Shown piece after piece: positions 54,588-64,000 of a stretch of DNA of 64,000 nt (position 1 is its first letter; each line of letters starts with the position of its first letter). This DNA comes from Eledone cirrhosa (taxonomy: Eukaryota). Made by a program: the position numbers and the translations under genes. The notes under the pieces were generated by a model. The model searched no databases, was not told where the DNA came from, and worked only from the letters and a program-made list of their open reading frames with translations. The DNA lies in contig OZ024756.1 of the NCBI GenBank assembly GCA_964016885.1, positions 434,001 to 498,000 of the forward strand. The letters are read 5' to 3'.

Positions 54588-55399
54588 CATAAGTAAGTGA
54601 GGATAAGAAAGAGCGAGACGGTGAAGACGGAGAGGTTGTTCGACTAAAGACATTTTCAGTTCTTGATAGTGTGCACGTGATCAGTCGGACATCTTGTGAA
54701 GATAAAAAAGGAGGGGAGGGAGAATAATGACGCCTAATTATCTCTTTCAAAAATCTAACATTCTCTCCACACAAATATACACACATACACATATATATAT
54801 ATAAACACACACATACTGTAGTGTCTATATTTATATACACCCGCAAATATATATATATTTGTGTCTATAAATATATATACACATACAGTATGTGTGATGT
54901 TTATATATATATATATAAAAACATATGTGTGTGTGTGTATGACTTCTAATTTAGGCAGAAGGCCAGCAAAACAGAGCAAGGCCCTACTGGGACTTTATCG
55001 ACCCAAGAAGAACGAAAAGGGTCTATTTCTCTGGTACACAATGATATAGGGACAACCACAGTGTATCCTAGATCCATTATATTGTACAAGTAGCACCTAG
55101 AAAAGAGTATTTCTTCAAGACTAAAAGGTCCCTTGTCCATTATTTTGTTCCTGACATGGTCAGCTGGTTCCTCTTGCTAAAACAAACCACATTGCATGGG
55201 GTTTTTCGTACCACAGGCCCAACAGATATTTCTTGCTGTGACACCGCCTGGAAAGTGTCTCTCCATGGCACCAGGCTGGGAAAGCTATTTTGTGTGAGAC
55301 CGCAGTCACCTATACATGCATGTCTCACCTCTCCAATTATCAATGTTGTCCAAGAGAAATAATGATAGGACTCACGGCCCCAATCATTAAAATGCATGA

Positions 55400-55830
55400 C
55401 AAACCTGTGAGATGTAACCTTGTAAGGGACTAACTAAATCGATATAAGTGTGAGCTGTAACAATATGATCGGAATAGAGCCCCCATCATTAAAGCACCTA
55501 AGAAAACTCCTGAGATGTAACCTCATATAAGGCCAACTAAACCTACATAGATGGGAGCTGTAACAACATGACAGACTGTGCCACTATCATTAAGACACCC
55601 GAGAAACCTATGAGATGCAGCCTCGTAAGCGTAAGAAACTAACTAAACCTACATAGATGTGAGCTGTGTCATAGGACTGGGTCCCTACTATTAAAATACC
55701 CGAGAAACCTTGTGTTGCAGCCTCATAGGAGATTAACTAAAGCTACATATCTGTGACTCATAACAACATGATAGGACTAGGGCCCTTATTAATAAAATAC
55801 CCAAAAAACTTATGAGATGCAGCTTCATAG
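55400..55830. repeat. Diverged tandem repeat of about 100 bp, 4-5 copies
   Basis: Recurring GAGAAACCT..GAGATG.A.CCTC...AACTAAACCTACATAGATG.GAGCTGT. Confidence 0.75.
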
Positions 55831-56049
55831 GAGGCACAAAACTTGGAGTTAATTTAACCAGCCACTTAATCTGCATAATATGCCTTTGTTATTAGCATTG
55901 TTAAATCATCAACGTTTAGCCTCTTTTTTTTTTTTCTTTTTTCGCATGCTAGTATAGGTTGGACAGGTCTTCAAGGACCAAGCACTCAATTAGATGGACC
56001 AGGAGCCACATCTTGCTTATGTATATTCCTATGCACAACACTGAAAATT

Positions 56050-56710
56050 AATTTATAACCCTTGTTTATGTAGGTATAACTAGTTTATAACCCTTGTTTC
56101 TGTAGGTATAACTACAGTTTATAACCCTTGTTTATGTAGGTATAACCAGTTTATAAACCTTGTTTATGTAGGTATAACTAGTTTATAACCCTTGTTTGTG
56201 GAGGTATAACTAGTTTATAACCCTTGTTTGTGGAGGTATAACTACAGTTTATAACCCTTGTTTGTGGAGGTATAACTACAGTTTATAACCCTTGTTTATG
56301 TAGGTATAACTATAGTTTATAACCCTTATTTATATAGATATAACCAGTTTATAACCCTTGTTTATGTCGGTATAACCAGTTTATAAGCCTTGTTTATGTA
56401 GGTATAATTAGTTTATAACCCTTGTTAGTGTAGGTATAACTAGTTTATAACCCTTGTTTGTAGGTATAACTAGTTTATAACCCTTGTTTGTGGAGGTATA
56501 ACTAGTTTATAACCCTTTATGTAAGTATAACTATAGTTTATAACCCTTGTTTATGTAGGTATAACCAGTTTATAACCCTTTATGTAAGTATAACTATAGT
56601 TTATAACCCTTGTTTATGTAGGTATAACCAGTTTATAACCTTTGTTTATGTAGGTATAACCAGTTTATAACTCTTGTTTGTGGAGGTATAACTACAGTTT
56701 ATAACCCTTG
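56050..56710. repeat. 30-32-bp minisatellite, about 21 copies
   Basis: GTTTATAACCCTTGTTTATGTAGGTATAACTA. Confidence 0.95.
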
Positions 56711-57289
56711 CTTCTTCGGCCTTCTTCAAGTGTGTGACGTATTCGGTAATGTTCTTGGTATGTTAAGTCATTAGATGAGGTGCCAAGAAGGGCATCTGTT
56801 CATAAAACATTGTCTCAAAAAGGACCCCATGGCAATTATAAAACCTATCATGGGGCATGTAACACTAACCCCTGCTTTAGCAGAGAAGATGACCATAAAA
56901 CGTTTGTAGTATTGTATTTGTGTCAGTGTTCACTGAGGATGGGGTGAGCTGGTTGCTCTAACCAGTTAATCCACAGTGGCACAAATAGAAGCTGATCATG
57001 ATATGTGATGACACACTTTCCAATAGCAGGTAGCATATATATATATATATATATATATGATACATATGTAATGGCATCCATCCATAGAAAGCTTGCCAAA
57101 CAAGGGGTGGGAAGGACCCTTCAGTTTGTGTCAAAAGACACAACTTCTCCTGTGCACTTGATAGAATATAAAACCGGACATAAGTGAGATGCAGACCCCC
57201 ACCCAGCCTGTCTGTCTGGAAGGCCAGTAACCATGCTTCAGTACTGGCTTGGTCTATCTAGACCCATCCAACCCTTGTTAAAAGGAAAA

Positions 57290-58100
57290 GCAGGCATTAA
57301 ATATAAATGTTTGATATGTAGAAAAGGAGTTGGCATAAACTCTATAGAATGTACACAATGCAGATCTTGGGTGCAGGAGATGTAGTGGGAAAGCAGGCAA
57401 ACTAACAGGAAAGGAAAACTTCATATGTGGTAGATGTTCAGGAAAATTTGATAGAAGTGTCAGTGATAGGCACATTTTTCAAATGTAGATAGGATCTATA
57501 GAGGTGGTTGATAGCATCCGATACCTAGGTGATCAGATTAACAAGGGAGGATGCTCTGAGGCTGTAGTTTCTAGAATAAGGACAGGATGGAAGAAGTTTA
57601 GGGAGCTGCTTCCTCTGTTGACCACAAAAGGTTGGTTATATGATGCCTGTGTGAGATGCACGATGCTGCATGGTAGTGAGATATGGGCAGCAACTGCAGA
57701 AGATATGCGACGGCTGGAGAGAAGTGAAGCAAGCATGCTCCATTGGATGTGCAATGTCAATATGCGTGAACGACCAAGCATGGACGAGTTGAAAATGAAA
57801 CTGTGTATAAGAGGGATAAACTGTAGGCTGCAGGAGAGAAGATTGCGTTGATTTGACCATGTGGTGTGCATGGAAGATGACCGCTGGGTGAAGAAGTGCC
57901 AAGAAATCCCGGTGGAAAGAAGACGCAGTAGAGGAAGACCACGAAAAACATGGGTGGAGGTGGTGAGAGCTGACCTCAGATCGCTGAAGCTCACAGAGGA
58001 GATGATGAGGGACCATGACGAAGGGAGAGATGTTGTGCTTAAGCGGACCTGTCCCACCCTTGCAAGCAGGGAAAAGCGGATGTAAAATAATGATGATGAT
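57290..58100 (+). pseudogene. 3' portion of an RTE-clade LINE (Cys/His finger, thumb, C-terminus, tail)
   Basis: CLICRKGVGINSIECTQC...FICGRC, RYLGDQI, RIRTGWKKFRELLPLL, GRPRKTWVEVV; ends CCCACCCTTGCAAGCAGGGAAAAGCGGATGTAAAATAATGATGAT. Confidence 0.9.
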
Positions 58101-58512
58101 GATATATATAAATATATATACACAACCAGATATTGATTCTAGATCAGACTTGATTATATTAATCTCTGTTTTCAGTTACCCACCTCTCCATCTTACACCA
58201 CCCTTGATGGTTTTTATTTTGTGAGAGATGAAGTGTATCACCAGACCAACAGATGTGGCACCTTTTTCTGAACATTAGCTGTTGGAGAAAATCAATCCAG
58301 CAACTAGATTGAACTTCGGAGTTTTTTCACACAAGATTCAAGCTGAAAATATGGAAGATCCCTCAGTGAAGGTGAATACAGTCCAATTACTTCCTGAGGT
58401 ACTCTGGCTAGTAACAGGGTGGGTAGTAACCAAGATACCCTAGCTCATGACAGAGTGGGTAGTACCAAGATACATGAATTCATGAGCTTCTAAGAGAATC
58501 TTACTAGTGAGA

Positions 58513-58687
58513 TTTTAAAGGGTAAAATGCCAGGAGATATTGGGCACCCTTTTAGAGAGTAAAATGCCAGGAGATATTGGGCACTCTTTTAAAGGGTAAA
58601 ATGCCAGGAGATATTGGGCACTCTTTTAAAGAGTAAAATGCCAGGAGATATTGGGCACCCTTTTAGAGGGTAAAATGTCAGGAGATA
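58513..58687. repeat. 37-bp tandem repeat, about 4.7 copies
   Basis: TTTTAAAGGGTAAAATGCCAGGAGATATTGGGCACCC. Confidence 0.92.
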
Positions 58688-58849
58688 CTATATTTGTTTT
58701 GGCTGCATTAATTGTTGTGCCAACATGTAACATCTGCACACAGGGACATTCAAAAGCCTACTGAAGATCTACATTGTCCTCACCAATTATTGCAAGGTTG
58801 TCAACATCATTTAGTTCAGTGACAGTAAGTTTTGTTCCACACTAACTTC

Positions 58850-60886
58850 CGGGTAATCCTCCAGAGAACGGTTCATGATCCAGTCAGTGACATAGTTGTA
58901 GAATATTGTAAATAGATCCCAAACTCTTGGATAATCCTTCCAGGGAATTGTCCCTGATCCAATCAGGGACGTAGTTGTAGAGTATTGTAAATAGATCCCA
59001 AACTCTTGGATAATCCTTCCAGAGAATTGTCCCTGATCCAATCAGGGACGTAGTTGTAGAGTATTGTAAATAGATCCCAAACTCTTGGATAATCCTTCCA
59101 GGGAATTGTCCCTGATCCAATAAGGGACGTAGTTGTAGAGTATTGTAAATAGATCCCAGACTCTTGGATAATCCTTCCAGGGAATTGTCCATGATCCAAT
59201 AAGGGACGTAGTTGTAGAGTATTGTAAATAGATCCCAAACTCTTGGATAATCCTTCCAGGGAATTGTCCATGATCCAATCAGTGACGTAGTTGTAGAGTA
59301 TTGTAAATAGATCCCAAACTCTTGGATAATCCTTCCAGAGAATTGTCCATGATCCAATAAGGGACGTAGTTGTAGAGTATTGTAAATAGATCCCAAACTC
59401 TTGGATAATCCTTCCAGGGAATTGTCCATGATCCAATCAGTGACGTAGTTGTAGAGTATTGTAAATAGATCCCAAACTCTTGGATAATCCTTCCAGGGAA
59501 TTGTCCATGATCCAATCAGTGACGTAGTTGTAGAGTATTGTAAATAGATCCCAAACTCTTGGATAATCCTTCCAGAGAATTGTCCATGATCCAATCAGTG
59601 ACGTAGTTGTAGAGTATTGTAAATAGATCCCAAACTCTTGGATAATCCTTCCAGAGAATTGTCCATGATCCAATCAGTGACGTAGTTGTAGAGTATTGTA
59701 AATAGATCCCAGACTTTTGGATAATCCTTCCAGAGAATTGTCCATGATCCAATAAGGGACGTAGTTGTAGAGTATTGTAAATAGATCCCAAACTCTTGGA
59801 TAATCCTTCCAGGGAATTGTCCATGATCCAATCAGTGACGTAGTTGTATTGTAAATAGATCCCAGACTCTTGGATAATCCTTCCAGAGAATTGTCCATGA
59901 TCCAATAAGGGACGTAGTTGTAGAGTATTGTAAATAGATCCCAAACTCTTGGATAATCCTTCCAGGGAATTGTCCATGATCCAATAAGGGACGTAGTTGT
60001 AGAGTATTGTAAATAGATCCCAAACTCTTGGATAATCCTTCCAGGGAATTGTCCATGATCCAATCAGTGACGTAGTTGTATTGTAAATAGATCCCAGACT
60101 CTTGGATAATCCTTCCAGAGAATTGTCCATGATCCAATAAGGGACGTAGTTGTAGAGTATTGTAAATAGATCCCAAACTCTTGGATAATCCTTCCAGGGA
60201 ATTGTCCATGATCCAATAAGGGACGTAGTTGTAGAGTATTGTAAATAGATCCCAAACTCTTGGATAATCCTTCCAGGGAATTGTCCATGATCCAATAAGG
60301 GACGTAGTTGTAGAGTATTGTAAATAGATCCCAGACTCTTGGATAATCCTTCCAGAGAATTGTCCATGATCCAATAAGGGACGTAGTTGTAGAGTATTGT
60401 AAATAGATCCCAAACTCTTGGATAATCCTTCCAGAGAATTGTCCATGATCCCATCAGTGACGTAGTTGTAGAGTATTGTAAATAGATCCCAGACTCTTGG
60501 ATAATCCTTCCAGAGAATTGTCCATGATCCAATAAGGGACGTAGTTGTAGAGTATTGTAAATAGATCCCAAACTCTTGGATAATCCTTCCAGGGAATTGT
60601 CCATGATCCAATCAGTGACGTAGTTGTATTGTAAATAGATCCCAGACTCTTGGATAATCCTTCCAGAGAATTGTCCATGATCCAATAAGGGACGTAGTTG
60701 TAGAGTATTGTAAATAGATCCCAAACTCTTGGATAATCCTTCCAGGGAATTGTCCATGATCCAATAAGGGACGTAGTTGTAGAGTATTGTAAATAGATCC
60801 CAAACTCTTGGATAATCCTTCCAGGGAATTGTCCATGATCCAATAAGGGACGTAGTTGTAGAGTATTGTAAATAGATCCCAAACTT
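58850..60886. repeat. 79-bp satellite, about 26 copies
   Basis: ATCCAAT(CAGT/AAGG)GACGTAGTTGTAGAGTATTGTAAATAGATCCCAAACTCTTGGATAATCCTTCCAG(G/A)GAATTGTCCATG; recurring 74-bp deletion variant. Confidence 0.97.
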
Positions 60887-60962
60887 ACTGGGTACATTTC
60901 AAGAGTCAGATTCTTCACCATAACAGCAAATGTTTGCCTCTACAGAGTTCTAATTAGATTTG

Positions 60963-61532
60963 CCAGGTAATCGATCTGTCATCACAGGTAATCCATTTGT
61001 GGTCACAGGTAATCAATCTATGATCACAGGTAATCCATCTGTGATCACAGGTAATCCATCTGTGATCACAGGTAATCCATCTGTGATCACAGATAATCCA
61101 TCAGTGATCACAGGTAATCCATCAGTGATCACAGGTAATCCATCAGTGATCACAGGTAATCCATCTGTGATCACAGGTAATCCATCTGTGATCACAGGTA
61201 ATCCATCTGTGATCACAGGTAATCCATCTGTGATCACAGGTAATCCATCTGTGATCACAGGTAATCCATCTGTGATCATAGGTAATCCATCTGTGATCAC
61301 AGGTAATCCATCAGTGATCACAGGTAATCCATCAGTGATCAGAGGTAATCCATCAGTGATCAGAGGTAATCCATCCTGTGATCAGAGGTAATCAATCTGT
61401 CATCACAGGTAATCAATCTGTCATCACAGGTAATCAATTTGTGATCACAGGTAATCAATTTGTGATCACAGGTAATCAATCTGTGATCACAATTAATCAA
61501 TCTGTGATCACAGGTAATCAATCTGTGATCAT
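60963..61532. repeat. 21-bp minisatellite, about 27 copies
   Basis: GTGATCACAGGTAATCCATCT. Confidence 0.96.
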
Positions 61533-61810
61533 AGTTTTATTGTAAATGAAAAGATTGGATGAGTAGTCGATGGAAGAAAGCTTGAGAGGTACAACCATAC
61601 TTACAGAGACTCCACAGATACCATCTTGCTGCCCTTACATGTGAACTGCAGACCTAGACACCTTAGAGGAGCTGCATGAAGCTATCCACAGACTAATGAA
61701 CCACAAGGAACTGGAACACGAGGGTCTACCAACCAAGATCTTCAAAAACTATATGCCAGCATACAAAGCCAAATATACATACATACATACATTTAATATA
61801 TACATATAGT

Positions 61811-62137
61811 GGAGGCACATGGCTTAGTGGTTAGAGCATAGGCCTTGCAATCAAATGGTTGTGATTTCAATTCTCAGACTGGCTGGTGTGCTGTTTCCTT
61901 GAGCAAGACACTTTATTTCACATTGCTCCAGTTTACTCAGCTGTAGAAGAACTGGGGTCCCTATCATTCCACTGCCAAGTGGTCATGGAGGTGCCACGGC
62001 AAAAAAGCACCCAGCACTCACTGTAAATAAGGTTGGTGTTAGGAAGGGCATCCAGCTGTAGAAATCGAGCCAGAATTCAGTTCCCATCCCACCCTTGCAA
62101 GCAGGGAAAAGCGGACATAAAATGATGATGATGATGA
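61811..62137 (+). mobile_element. SINE family B copy
   Basis: Head, centre and RTE-type tail as at 5910. Confidence 0.87.
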
Positions 62138-62379
62138 TATATATACACGCATACGTACATATATGTATGTATATTTTGTGTATTACATTTATAAGGTTCC
62201 TAGCAATAATTATTAATTGATTATATGTATTTCTATTTAATCTTATATATTTGTTATCTACATACATATGTAATATATATATATACATATACATACATGT
62301 AATATAAATGTTTGTGTGAGAGGGAGAGAGAGAGTGTGTATAATTCCACATCAGCTTTTCATGCTGGAACATTATTATG

Positions 62380-62822
62380 GCTGGCTGCGAATTGGCAGTA
62401 TCGATAGAGAGTCGGACGTGCTTTCTAGCATAGAGTTGCGTCCCTTTACAATCTGAGTTCAAATCCCACCGAGGTTAACTTTGCTTTTCATCTATACGGG
62501 GGTCGATAAAATAAAGTACCAGTAATGTACTGGGGTAAATGCTGGCCTTGTGCCAAAAGTAGAAACAATTATTATGGCTGGCTGCTCCTAACTGCTCCAA
62601 CCACTTTGCAGAGTGTACTTGGTGGCTCGAGAAATAATAATAATTGTTTCTACTTTTGGCACAAGGCCAGCAATTAACCAGTGTATTACTGGTACTTTAT
62701 TTTATCGACCCCGTAAGGATGAAAGGCAAAGTTAACCTCGGCGGGATTTGAACTCAAAATGGCAAGGGCCGTAACTCTATGCGTCAAAGCATGGCGTCCG
62801 ACCATCTACCGATACTGCCAAT
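62380..62822. mobile_element. Two SINE family A copies tail-to-tail (62380-62575 plus, 62640-62822 minus)
   Basis: Both match family A, in opposite orientations. Confidence 0.82.
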
Positions 62823-63234
62823 ATAAATGTGTGTATTATATAAGAGACTTACACTAGACACATACTATATACGATATATAATATATGTACACAATGTGTG
62901 TGTGCGCGCGCGTGCGTGCGTGTGTGTGTGTCAAAATTCCTTTTTTTTTTTTTGTTGTTCTTTTTAAAGTGAATGAAATTGTGGGAGGTAATAGAGTGAG
63001 GTGCTAACGGAAGGTTTTTGCTGCTCTTTTACTGAAGTAAACAACAATGTTGGCTGGCTGCTGGTGAGATTGTGAAGAAGAAGATAAACGAAAACACATT
63101 CTGCCTTTTAACACTTTCCTTCCTTCCTATTTGAATCATCAAACATGTCTTCCCTCCGCAACACCACCACCACTACGATCATACACCACCATCACCATAC
63201 ATTACACCATTTAACGATTGAGAATAAACTAGAT

Positions 63235-63900
63235 TGAGAGATAGATAGATAGATAAATAGATAGTTACACATAGATATATAAGGAAGATGGATAGATATA
63301 GGTAAATAGAGACATAGATAGATAGATAGATAGATATAGATAAATAGAGAGATGGATAGATAGAGACATAGATAGATATAGATAAGGGAAGTACCTAGTA
63401 GGAATTGTAATTAATTGTAACAGAAACGCAATAAGAGGGGGGACAGACAGATAGGTAGATATAAAGAGAGAGATGGGTAGGTAGATAGATAGGGAGAGAG
63501 AGAGAGAGGGGGGTAGATAAATAAATAGATAGGCAGAGATATGTAGACAGACAGATAGATAGAAAGAAAGCGAGAGAGAGAGGTAGATGGATAAAGAGAG
63601 AGAAAGATAGAGAGAGGGGGGGTTGATGGATGAATAGATAGAGAGGGGGTAGAGAGAGATAGATGGATAGAGAGGGGGGTAAAGAGAGGTAGATAGAGAG
63701 AGGTAGATGGATAGATAGACAGAAAGAGAGGGGGGTTGATGGATAGATAGAGAGGGGGGTGGCGAGAGGTAGATAGAGGTTGATGGATAGATAGAGAGGG
63801 GGGTAGAGAGAGGTAGATAGAGAGAGAGGTAGATAGAGAGGGGGGTAGAGAGAGGTAGATAGAGAGGAAGGTAGAGAAAGGTAGATGGATAGATAGAGAG
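63235..63900. repeat. (GATA)n/GA-rich low-complexity tract
   Basis: Direct inspection. Confidence 0.9.
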
Positions 63901-64000
63901 AAAGGAAGTTACTCTCTCCAGACAAATTGATTTCTTCTGGCAGACAAAATGCGAGAAAACAATATTATGGCATTCATGTCTCCTTTTTCATCCTTACAGG

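Noticed and set aside
58160-58380. Possible host exon (TTTTCAG...AAGGTGAAT)
   Set aside because: Splice-like ends only; stops in the frames examined and no recognisable protein
58811-61391. Overlapping ORFs in the 79-bp and 21-bp arrays (for example VITGNPS repeats)
   Set aside because: Satellite artefacts; the 79-bp unit rotates frames

Overview
This is an AT-rich, extremely microsatellite-rich animal genomic window. The SINE/RTE/Penelope content suggests an octopus or other cephalopod, but that is inference. I cannot recognise any host protein-coding gene, and most long ORFs in the track are translated simple repeats. The window is a mosaic of tRNA-derived SINEs, decayed RTE-clade LINEs with RTE-derived non-autonomous elements, minisatellites/satellites, and several families of Penelope-like elements (PLEs) inserted into (TA)n tracts. 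The standout is an apparently intact, very young PLE at 26080-30858. It has near-identical 577-bp pseudo-LTRs, each carrying a minimal hammerhead ribozyme. Unusually for an endonuclease-bearing PLE, it has two overlapping ORFs: a 449-aa helical/basic ORF1, and an RT + GIY-YIG ORF2 in the -1 frame that opens just before an in-frame U_UUU_UUA slippery heptamer. This suggests gag-pol-like programmed ribosomal frameshifting, although a single indel is not excluded. Around it are many tiny hammerhead-bearing PLE-end insertions in (TA)n, several forming near-perfect palindromes.
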